A stretch of DNA of 64,000 nucleotides, from the IMG/VR virus record IMGVR_UViG_3300045988_074608, one strand, 5' to 3'. How positions within the stretch are numbered: the first letter of the stretch is position 1; every line of letters begins with the position of its first letter. Under the pieces are notes generated by a model. That model searched no databases and had not been told where the DNA came from. It saw only the letters and a list, made by a program, of their open reading frames with translations. This DNA comes from a virus. Both the position numbers and the translations under genes were made by a program. Positions 16,592 through 24,736 of this stretch are shown piece after piece.

Positions 16592-17146
16592 ATGAATAAG
16601 AACAAATCAATGAAATTAAGCTCAAAGGATATCATTATTGCTCGTGATAACATTTGTAAGACAAAGACAAAGTATTGGCGTATTATACGTTCAGAGAACG
16701 TTATAAGTAAGAAGGCTAAGGCAGCCGGAATGGGTTCAGGTTTTGACCTAACACAATTGCATAATGAGATTCTTCAAATGTCTAATACACTCATTAAGAT
16801 TAAACTTATGTTGAATGCTATTAATAATGGCATTAAGGAGTTTAACTTTGAGGAGGCTAAGAAGACACATTATTATACAATTTACGCAGCTTGTGAGAAA
16901 AAAGAGCAACTTGCACATTGGGAAGAGATTCTCAAAAAGAGTACAATTAATCCGGCTACAAAAGCAAAAGCTGGAACAAAGGGTACTGGAAAAATAGAGA
17001 CGTTTACATCAGCTAAGATTACTGCGATAAAGAAGAAGTTGCAGCTTGAGATAAACAAGCTTGATGCTGATATTGCTAAGTTTAATAACAAGGCAAGTCT
17101 CGAAACATCAGATATTGATGATATTAAGCATTATTTTACAGCTTAA
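16592..17146 (+). CDS. hypothetical protein (184 aa)
   Basis: ATG ORF, Lys-rich and helical-looking. Confidence 0.55.
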   Translation: MNKNKSMKLSSKDIIIARDNICKTKTKYWRIIRSENVISKKAKAAGMGSGFDLTQLHNEILQMSNTLIKIKLMLNAINNGIKEFNFEEAKKTHYYTIYAACEKKEQLAHWEEILKKSTINPATKAKAGTKGTGKIETFTSAKITAIKKKLQLEINKLDADIAKFNNKASLETSDIDDIKHYFTA

Positions 17147-17347
17147 ATAACATATAAATGCCTTATGAATATGGTCAGCACATAGATGCACAGGGTCGGG
17201 TCCTGTTATGGCAACAATTAAAATAAGACTGTTTAAGCGTGTATAATATTATTCTGGATAGTTTTATCATTAGAATAATTAAAACGCGTTAGAACGCAAG
17301 CAAATACGCTTAAAATCAATTTTTTAACCATTAAAAGCATAATCAAT

Positions 17348-18166
17348 ATGAAAAAGAATAATATAAGTAAGAACCTCAAGAAAATAGATATAAATACACA
17401 AATAGTAAAACGTTTTGACAATTTTTGTACAACCAAAAGAGCAGAAAATCTCGTTATAGACGTAGATAGACTTGGAATACAAGATCTACTAAAGAAGTAT
17501 GGTCTTAAATATCTTACTAAATTAAGACCTTTTGGTTCAGAATACACAATACGACAATTTATAAGAATGCGTATGGAGAAGATTGGAATAAATCATAATT
17601 ATACGCATATTCACAATGGTGTATTTACCCCAAGAAGAGATATAAATACAAAACTTCCATGGAATCTAACCAAAGAAGAGATAGGTATGATATGGAAGAA
17701 GCGAGAAAATGCTTTCAAATTAGGATATGCAGAGCGTTTGCATATGCTTGAGGATCATAAAGTTGATAAGTGGGAGGAGAAACATCGTCCCACATTTGAG
17801 GAGTTGAAACAGGATTTATTCCCCAGAGCACTATTACAAGGTTTTTTCGACCTTCGAGACAAAAAACGAGAGACTATACGAGAGGATTTAGCTGGAAAAT
17901 ATCCTCCAAAAGATAGTTGTGTTGTTACTGTAAGATTTTATAGTGACGATGGAACTGTTATAAATGAGAAAGTATTCGGACATTTATATGATCCGACAAA
18001 CATAATAAACACACGTCCTAGTTATTATACTGTTCAGAAGAAAAGTAAACGAATTAAATCGGTTGCTACTAAACTTAAAAATAGAGCTATTGCTATATTT
18101 GGCGATGATTTAATTTGTTTGAAAGTATTCTGTCATAATAGTAATAATGTAGGAATGTGGGTTTAA
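17348..18166 (+). CDS. hypothetical protein (272 aa)
   Basis: Long ATG ORF; no recognised motif. Confidence 0.6.
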   Translation: MKKNNISKNLKKIDINTQIVKRFDNFCTTKRAENLVIDVDRLGIQDLLKKYGLKYLTKLRPFGSEYTIRQFIRMRMEKIGINHNYTHIHNGVFTPRRDINTKLPWNLTKEEIGMIWKKRENAFKLGYAERLHMLEDHKVDKWEEKHRPTFEELKQDLFPRALLQGFFDLRDKKRETIREDLAGKYPPKDSCVVTVRFYSDDGTVINEKVFGHLYDPTNIINTRPSYYTVQKKSKRIKSVATKLKNRAIAIFGDDLICLKVFCHNSNNVGMWV

Positions 18167-18192
18167 CAATCTAGACCGACCTTGCGGTTGGA

Positions 18193-18308
18193 ACCCTATT
18201 TTCACATCTCACATAACGTTGTTCTTACAAATCAGTGGATTCGTAGTTGCAAAGTTTTGAATTCAGTACCGAGAAGGGTGAACATCAGGTTCGAGTCCTG
18301 AATAGGGA
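18193..18308 (+). ncRNA. tRNA-like leader element upstream of the DNA polymerase gene (M6)
   Basis: (A)CCCTAT ... TCAGG-TTCGAGT-CCTGA-ATAGGG(A). It has a variable-arm-like hairpin TACC-GAGAAG-GGTG and a 7-bp stem (18236-18242/18259-18265) whose 16-nt loop contains TTGCAAAG. It ends 27 nt before ATG 18336. Confidence 0.5.
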
Positions 18309-18320
18309 ACAATATTAACT

Positions 18321-18338
18321 AAGAATCATAGAATCATG
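18321..18338 (+). promoter_or_regulatory. AAGAATCATAGAATC motif fused to the polymerase start codon
   Basis: AAGAATCATAGAATCATG. Same GAATC-N3-GAATC core as the 7810-8101 hairpin loops. Confidence 0.4.
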
Positions 18339-20246
18339 GTAATACATAACAAAACGGTCATGATTTACGATATCGAAGTTTTTCCTAACACATTTCATTG
18401 TGTGCTATTAAATACAGATAATGAGGAATTATATAAGTTTGAAATATCTGAAAGAAAAAATCAAATACGAGAACTTGTACAATTCTTTACAAATCCTAAA
18501 TACTTATTATGTGGATATAATAACAAACATTACGATGATGTTATTATTAATTACATTATAGATTACCTAGATATAATGCTTTGTAAAAGTATATATGATG
18601 TAACATTATCTTTATTTAATTTATCACAGACGATAATTAATTTGGAAGACGGAAATATTAGTAAAATCAAAAGATGGAAATATGCTAATTATTTCGAATC
18701 AATGGATCTGCTCACAATGATGTTTAGTTCAAAACTCCGTGTTGGATTAAAATCAATGCAGATAACAATGCAATATCAGAATGTACAAGAATATTCTGGA
18801 GATTTTGGTAGTTTTTTACCGAAAGATAAAATTGATGAGATGATTAGTTACAACATTAACGATGTAAAATCGACATATTCACTTTTTAATTACCTTGTTA
18901 AAAATGGAGATATCGATTTGAGATTGTTTATAGAACAAGAGTACGGTTTTAACGCCCTGTCAATGGACAGTGTTAAGTTTGGAGAAACATTGATAGCTAA
19001 AAAAGTTTGTGAAGAATTACACATAAACAAAAGACAACTAGAACAAATGCGATCTCCAATGGACAACATACCATTGAAGGACGTTATATTACCGTTTATA
19101 CGATATAAAAATCCAAAGTTTCAGGAAGCTTTAGAAGATATGAAAAAACAAATAGTATCTTCTAAAAACAAAAAACCTGGAGAAAAAAACTACGAGAACA
19201 AGTTTGTCGTCTCGGGTGTACGATATTCGATTGGCGTAGGCGGAATTCATTCATTGAATGAACCACGAATATACGTTCCTAAAGAAGATGAATATTTGGG
19301 TCACTTAGATGTGGCTTCAATGTATCCGTCATTCATCGTGCGCTATGGGTGGTTTCCTAGGCACTTAGGTAAAGCAGGTCTGGCTGTATATACTCAAATA
19401 TACCATGAGAGAATACAAGCTAAACATAGCGGACAGAAACAAAAGAATTTAGCACTAAAACTAACTTTAAATTCTGTCACAGGAAAAATGCAACAAGAGA
19501 CTAGTTGGATGTACGATCCATTTAGTGTGTTTAAGATCAGGATAAACGGGCAATTAATCCTACTAATGTTGGCAGATTTATTACTACAACATTCTTGTGA
19601 GATTGTGCAAGTAAACACTGATGGTGTAATGTTTATTGCTAAAAAAGCGTACAAAGATGCTATAATGGAATCGGTAGCTAAACTTGAGCAATTAACAAAA
19701 CTCTCTTTTGAAGCAGATAGCTATGAAGCGTTTTATCAGTTCGCTGTCAACGACTACTTTGGTGTGGTTGACGGATTTTCTCAATCTAGAAATCCAAAAC
19801 TGATAGAAAAAAAAGGTATGTTTATAACAGAACCTGTGTTGGGTAAAGGATTAGCACCAACCATTATCCCAGAGGCTGTTATAAACTACTTTGTATATAA
19901 CATTCCAGTAGAAGATACAATACGCAATTGTAATGATATACGTAAATTCTTAATGTCACAACGAGTAGATAAAAAGTTTAAAGTTGAATATGACGATAAA
20001 TATATACAAAGAATTAATCGCTGGTATGCTAGTACAAATGGATGTTATCTATATACAGTAGATGAATCTAAAACACCTGTAAAATACTCAAATCTATTAA
20101 AGAAGAGTGGTGTTACGATTTTAAATTACATAGATGACATATCCACAAAAAACAGAAAAATTAACTATCCTTACTATATAAGTGAGGCACGAAAAATAAT
20201 AGATCAGTTGGTATGTAGACAATTAGATCTATTCCAGTCTTGTTAA
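18336..20246 (+). CDS. family B DNA polymerase with 3'-5' exonuclease domain
   Basis: Exo I DIEVFPN, Exo II-like YNNKHYDD, Exo III YNINDVKS, motif A DVASMYPS, motif B KLTLNSVTGK, motif C VNTDGV. Confidence 0.9.
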   Translation: MVIHNKTVMIYDIEVFPNTFHCVLLNTDNEELYKFEISERKNQIRELVQFFTNPKYLLCGYNNKHYDDVIINYIIDYLDIMLCKSIYDVTLSLFNLSQTIINLEDGNISKIKRWKYANYFESMDLLTMMFSSKLRVGLKSMQITMQYQNVQEYSGDFGSFLPKDKIDEMISYNINDVKSTYSLFNYLVKNGDIDLRLFIEQEYGFNALSMDSVKFGETLIAKKVCEELHINKRQLEQMRSPMDNIPLKDVILPFIRYKNPKFQEALEDMKKQIVSSKNKKPGEKNYENKFVVSGVRYSIGVGGIHSLNEPRIYVPKEDEYLGHLDVASMYPSFIVRYGWFPRHLGKAGLAVYTQIYHERIQAKHSGQKQKNLALKLTLNSVTGKMQQETSWMYDPFSVFKIRINGQLILLMLADLLLQHSCEIVQVNTDGVMFIAKKAYKDAIMESVAKLEQLTKLSFEADSYEAFYQFAVNDYFGVVDGFSQSRNPKLIEKKGMFITEPVLGKGLAPTIIPEAVINYFVYNIPVEDTIRNCNDIRKFLMSQRVDKKFKVEYDDKYIQRINRWYASTNGCYLYTVDESKTPVKYSNLLKKSGVTILNYIDDISTKNRKINYPYYISEARKIIDQLVCRQLDLFQSC

Positions 20247-20262
20247 CCAAAGAGTATAAGAG

Positions 20263-20832
20263 ATGATAGTAGAATTAAATACTAAACTTCTGGAACTTCC
20301 AGAAAAAATCAATTTGAATCAGTTAGTATTCCTTAGTATGGTATTGAATAAGAATCAAAGTACATATGATCAAGACGTTCGCAAGTTAGTCAGCCTTATG
20401 CGTGACGACGAAATATCATACTTAATCGAGCAGGGTTTGGTTACTTCGATGGAGAGAAGTAAATCTATACTATACAAAGCAAGTCAAAAACTTGAAGACT
20501 TTATGGAACCTCCTAAAGATCTATTTGACTTGTTTTATGAAATGTATCCTATATATGTCTTACGTTCTGACGGAAGTAAATCTTTCTTAAGGACAAATAA
20601 AAACAAATGTCGTAACCTTTATAATATACTTACGGGAGGTAATAACGCAATGTGTGAACATATTAATAAATGTTTACAGTTCGAAATCGATAAAAAGATG
20701 AAAACTGGAAAGATGTGTTATATGAAAACAATGTTGCGGTGGTTACAAGATAGACAATGGGAAACCTCAGATGAAGAAATGAATAATACAGAACAAACAA
20801 AACAGAGCAGTTATGGAACAGAGTTGTTTTAA
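20263..20832 (+). CDS. hypothetical replication-module protein (189 aa)
   Basis: Lies between the polymerase and helicase genes. A loader or initiator role is guessed from position only. Confidence 0.5.
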   Translation: MIVELNTKLLELPEKINLNQLVFLSMVLNKNQSTYDQDVRKLVSLMRDDEISYLIEQGLVTSMERSKSILYKASQKLEDFMEPPKDLFDLFYEMYPIYVLRSDGSKSFLRTNKNKCRNLYNILTGGNNAMCEHINKCLQFEIDKKMKTGKMCYMKTMLRWLQDRQWETSDEEMNNTEQTKQSSYGTELF

Positions 20833-21763
20833 ATTAAAAATTAGACCAATATCTGTTGTAACTGATGAAGCGTTGAGTTATATAAAAGCTAGAAAAGATA
20901 ATGATATAACATCATTAGCTACTAGATGGAAGAAACTCAATATGTGTTGTATGGGAGGTATTGAACCAAATTGTGTATACACAATAGCAGGTATTTCTGG
21001 AAGTGGTAAGAGTTCGTTTGCAAATCTTATCGCTACTGATTTAATTGATTATAATCCAAAGGTTAACACTATTGTTTTGGTGTTTTCATTAGAAATGGTT
21101 GGATTTAGGCAAATCGGAAGAACGCTTTCTAATAAGTTACGGAAAACGACTTCTTATTTGTATAGTTCTCAACAGAACCTAGACGATTCTACATTTGAAC
21201 AAGTCGTCAATGTTTCCAATCAAATCAGGAATTATCCTATTTATTTTGTGGATGATCCTGGTACACCTGAACAAATAGATGAAACAATTCAAGCTTTTTA
21301 TTCTAAGTATGTAAAAGGGCAAAATAAGCATTTTGTAATTATGTATGATCACACTTTGCTTACTAAACGTATAGGAAGTGCTATTGAAACTTTGAGTGCA
21401 TTACAAGAAGTTTTCATTAGAACTAAAAAATTGCCTTTGACATCTATTATACAGTTGTCACAAATGAATAGAAGGATTGAAGAACCTGAAAGGATTAATA
21501 ACCCTGCTTCTCATTATCCTATGAGAAGTGATTTATCATCGTCTGATTCAATATTTCAAGCTAGTGATTATGTGCTTGTTATACATAGACCTGAGATATT
21601 AGGAATTCAAGAGTATGGTCCAAATCGTTTACCTACTACAGATAAGGTATATATCCACATCTTAAAGAATAGAGATGCTGGAAAACCTTGTATTTTGCAA
21701 TTTGAAAACGACCTTGCTTTTAATAACCTGATAGAATCAGAAATTGTTTCAGATAATAATTAA
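20813..21763 (+). CDS. DnaB-family (RecA-fold) replicative helicase
   Basis: Walker A GISGSGKSSF, Walker B-like VIMYDHTLL, and SQMNR resembling the DnaB SQLSR motif. Confidence 0.75.
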   Translation: MEQSCFKLKIRPISVVTDEALSYIKARKDNDITSLATRWKKLNMCCMGGIEPNCVYTIAGISGSGKSSFANLIATDLIDYNPKVNTIVLVFSLEMVGFRQIGRTLSNKLRKTTSYLYSSQQNLDDSTFEQVVNVSNQIRNYPIYFVDDPGTPEQIDETIQAFYSKYVKGQNKHFVIMYDHTLLTKRIGSAIETLSALQEVFIRTKKLPLTSIIQLSQMNRRIEEPERINNPASHYPMRSDLSSSDSIFQASDYVLVIHRPEILGIQEYGPNRLPTTDKVYIHILKNRDAGKPCILQFENDLAFNNLIESEIVSDNN

Positions 21764-21783
21764 CATTTTAAAGGCTGAAAATT

Positions 21784-22233
21784 ATGAAGAAGTATACTTT
21801 TAAACTCGATAATACCAAGAAGATTAACAATGAGTCAACTAACAATTATTCTAAGATTATTAATGATATTATATCTACTAATGTAATTAAGAATAACCCT
21901 TATTTCGATAGTATTCCAAGTACTACGAAGAATAAGACGATTAACATTGATATTCATCTCGGTAAGAAGTCTCCGAAGTATGATAAGAAGAGTTTTGATT
22001 ATGGTGACATTTTCGATGCTCTTAAGACTATTTACAATTTGAAGAATGAGAAACCTATGTATGACTTTAAGTTGTATGATGGTACTCCTGTGAAGATGTT
22101 CTCTGATGAGATTCAGATTGGTTATGATCTGATCCCACTTACTGGATTTACTCGTGAGTACTACAATTCTCTTTCTGAGAGTACGCGTAAGCACATTATC
22201 GATATCACTATTGATATTCAGCGAGCAGCGTAA
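21784..22233 (+). CDS. hypothetical protein (149 aa)
   Basis: ATG ORF; the antisense ORF 21835-22254 looks spurious. Confidence 0.5.
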   Translation: MKKYTFKLDNTKKINNESTNNYSKIINDIISTNVIKNNPYFDSIPSTTKNKTINIDIHLGKKSPKYDKKSFDYGDIFDALKTIYNLKNEKPMYDFKLYDGTPVKMFSDEIQIGYDLIPLTGFTREYYNSLSESTRKHIIDITIDIQRAA

Positions 22234-22274
22234 TTGTAAATAATGAACTAACAAATAAATAGATGCATTGACAC

Positions 22275-22596
22275 ATGAGCGGTTTTATATTACCTACACA
22301 ACCAATTCCAGCAGTTTCAACAAATCCTAAATTTTTAATTTGTTATGGTCGTCCAAAAGCAGGAAAGACTAGTGCATTAGCACAGCTTCCTAATAATCTA
22401 ATTATAGATTTAGAGGGAGGATCACAATTTATAGACGCAATGGCAGTACAAGCCAGAAGCGTTGGAGATTTAGGAGAAATTGCACAAGCAATCAGAGCTA
22501 AAAACTCTGAAACAAAGCATAATTTTTATAAGCATATAACAATAGATAATGCTACTCGATTAGAGGAGATGTGTCTACCGTATGCAAAGACACTCT
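22275..22596 (+). CDS. Sak4/AAA_24-type ssDNA-annealing ATPase, exon 1
   Basis: Walker A GRPKAGKTS, then IIDLEGG and ITIDNATRLEE. Family-like sequence ends near ..PYAKTL. The predicted 5' splice site follows T22596. Confidence 0.6.
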
Positions 22597-23419
22597 GTAA
22601 TAATGGAGCTTTAAATAGAAATATTTATAGAAAATTCCGTGAATTGCTGGAACCTCTTTCATTTGTCATAATATATAATAATATGAAAGAAAATCAGCAG
22701 CATTTATGAAACAAGAAACTTTAAAAAAGTATATTGGTAAAACATGGGGTGTTTTAACTTGTTTAGGAATCGATCATGAAGACTACGATAAAGAAAGATA
22801 GATAAAAAGAACATATTTTAAAGTAAAATGTTCTAGATGTGGATCTGAATCTATAGTAAGAGCTGATCGTTTCTTCGGAAAATATATTCCAAAATCATGT
22901 ACATATTGTGTAAATGATTTACAAGTTGAAACTGCAAATAAAAAGTATCCTAAAAATAGAAGATTATTAAATTCAAAAATATCGAGATATACACATATCA
23001 GTAATAGAAAGGGGAAAACTGTAAAATCTTATCTTTCAAAAATTGAAGCAGAAAAGTTACTTACTTCTAAGTGCTTTTATTGTGGAAAAGAAAATGCAAT
23101 GGGAATAGATAGAATAGATTCATCTAAAGATTATACTTTGGATAATTGTGTTCCATGTTGCGGAATGTGTAATATTATGAAGAATAAATTTGATATTAAC
23201 GAATGGTTTTCTAAAATAGGAGAAATTTATAGAAATCATGTTGATAGATGTTCAACGACTATCTCGAAAGAGAGTACATCACAAGTTAATGGTGATGGAA
23301 GTGCGGAACTTCTGACTGCCAAATAGGTAAAAGAAGATGATATAGTCTATTCTGCATAGTGATATGCAGCAGTTCATAAGAGAACGTATATAGTGTTACG
23401 AGCTATATAGAATGAAAAG
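22597..23419 (+). mobile_element. putative group I intron (823 nt) carrying an HNH ORF
   Basis: The exon end CTCT can pair with the intron GGAG (22604-22607), giving U:G at the splice site. The intron ends in G23419. Joining restores one frame (..AKTLYMQTPMGKNYKGDD..). The 3' part has hairpins CTGCAT/ATGCAG and TATATAG/CTATATA. Confidence 0.55.
22706..23326 (+). CDS. HNH/His-Me-finger homing-endonuclease-like ORF inside the intron
   Basis: One frame from ATG 22706 with CxxC...CxxC (KCSRCG, SCTYCV) and GIDRIDSSKDYTLDNCVPCCGMCNIMKNK. It has one internal TAG (22799-22801) and ends on TAG (23324-23326). Confidence 0.6.
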
Positions 23420-23847
23420 ATATGCAAACACCAATGGGAAAGAATTACAAAGGAGACGATGTACGTACTTTACCAAATGGTTCTGGATATATGTATCTAA
23501 GACAAGCTGTACGCAAAGTTTTAGATATGTTTAAGAGTCTTTGTGATGAGTTTATTTTAATTGGACATGTAAAAGATGTTCAAATAGAACAAAACGGAGA
23601 AGAGCTTAATCAGATGGCATTGGATCTTGTTGGAAAACTAGGATCTATTGTATGTGGTGAAGCAGATGCTGTGGGATATGTTTATAGAAAAGGTAACGAA
23701 ACTCACATAAGCTTTAAAGGCGGTGATGGTACCATTAAAGAAGCTAGAGCACCTCATCTTAGAGGTAACGATATTATTATCGCAACTGGTAATGAAGATG
23801 GAACTATTACTACTTATTGGGACAGAATTTTTAAATCAGAAAACTAA
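23420..23847 (+). CDS. Sak4/AAA_24-type ATPase, exon 2
   Basis: ..NGSGYMYLRQ..FILIGHVKD.. continues the family pattern. The spliced product is 249 aa. Confidence 0.6.
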
Positions 23848-23855
23848 TAGAAGAT

Positions 23856-24449
23856 ATGTTTAGTACTAAAACAGCTGTATTTGACAGTTCAAACAAATAT
23901 ATGAACGCCGGTATTAATGACAATGTAACTCTTAAAGAAGTAAATGTCTCAAAATCTCCAAACGGGCGTGATTACCTTGAAATAATATTTGAAGATGCTA
24001 ATGGAGCAATGGCCTCTCTTACAGAGTGGAAAAATGAGAAGAATATGTGGATTAAAACTGATGAAGAACTTCAGCGTCGTGATAATCAGCAATTCGGACG
24101 AATGCTTCAAATTCTCAAATGTTATTTTGAAACTATTGAAGATGTAGAGCTTAATACATTTGTCGATATGATAACATGGATTAAGAGTAAACTTGATACT
24201 GTAATAAGTGGAAAGAAACTTCTACGTCTTAAAACAACATATGACAATAAAGGTTTTATTCGTGTATCAACTTATGGTATATTTGTAGAACCAATGAATG
24301 TTGAAGAAACTCAGATAGTATTAACAGGACGTGATAAAACAACACGACCAGAAATAAAAGTAGATGATGAAAAGTCTACTGATCCGCTTGGCAATGCCAC
24401 TCCGGACAATACTATTGCAGAAGATAAAAAGGATGATCTACCCTTCTAA
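23856..24449 (+). CDS. single-stranded DNA-binding protein
   Basis: The C-terminal acidic tip ..KKDDLPF matches the bacterial/phage SSB tail (E. coli DDDIPF). Replication-module context. Confidence 0.6.
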   Translation: MFSTKTAVFDSSNKYMNAGINDNVTLKEVNVSKSPNGRDYLEIIFEDANGAMASLTEWKNEKNMWIKTDEELQRRDNQQFGRMLQILKCYFETIEDVELNTFVDMITWIKSKLDTVISGKKLLRLKTTYDNKGFIRVSTYGIFVEPMNVEETQIVLTGRDKTTRPEIKVDDEKSTDPLGNATPDNTIAEDKKDDLPF

Positions 24450-24485
24450 TGTAGATCTGGTGGAGCGTTGACTCCAGTCAACTAA

Positions 24486-24531
24486 GAATGGTAAATATGA
24501 ACTATGGGAGGATCGCAACCTCCTACCATTC
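24486..24531 (+). ncRNA. acceptor/hairpin minihelix in the primase leader (M3)
   Basis: GAATGGTA-[13 nt]-GGAGG-ATCGCAA-CCTCC-TACCATTC. The 8-bp closing stem abuts the hairpin. The loop is not T-loop-like. Confidence 0.35.
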
Positions 24532-24655
24532 CACAGGAAGCTCTATAAAGTCGACGTGAGGAGCAACGTAACACACAGGTTTTCTAATCGATGTAAATCT
24601 AGCCCTGTTTCCAAGCGTATCTTGGATGTGTTCTGACACATGTGTGTATGTCAGG

Positions 24656-24708
24656 GAGAATGGCACAATTGCAAAGGGTGCATAGAAAGTTCGATTCTTT
24701 CCATTCTA
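24656..24708 (+). ncRNA. D-armless tRNA-like leader element upstream of the primase gene (M4)
   Basis: (G)AGAATG-GCAC-AATTGCAAAGG-GTGC-ATA-GAAAG-TTCGATT-CTTTC-CATTCT(A). It has a canonical T loop and shares the loop octamer TTGCAAAG with M6. It ends 28 nt before ATG 24737. Confidence 0.5.
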
Positions 24709-24736
24709 CAAATATTTAGAGCTAAAAGCCAATAAT

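Noticed and set aside
17159-17213. A possible further tRNA-like minihelix (TGCCTTA ... ACAGG-GTCGGGT-CCTGT-TATGGCA).
   Set aside because: The acceptor stem has a T:T mismatch, the loop is not T-loop-like, and the linker has no convincing fold. Too weak to report as a feature.
18193-18308. The element before the polymerase gene might be a standard class II or intron-containing tRNA.
   Set aside because: There is no D stem of normal size. The only strong central stem has a 16-nt loop, and position 1:72 would be A:A. I could not obtain a cloverleaf with a 7-nt anticodon loop.
22597-23419. An intein or a simple pair of adjacent genes might explain the split ATPase.
   Set aside because: The insert changes the reading frame and contains stops in the host-gene frame, which excludes an intein. 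The two halves are complementary parts of one AAA_24-type fold and rejoin in frame at a U:G / terminal-G pair of sites.
24435-24457. Hairpin GATCTAC-CCTTCTAAT-GTAGATC might be the anticodon arm of a CUA suppressor tRNA.
   Set aside because: The loop is 9 nt and the stem 7 bp. It has no D arm, T arm or acceptor partners around it. The 5' arm is coding sequence of the SSB gene, and the stop codon lies in the loop.
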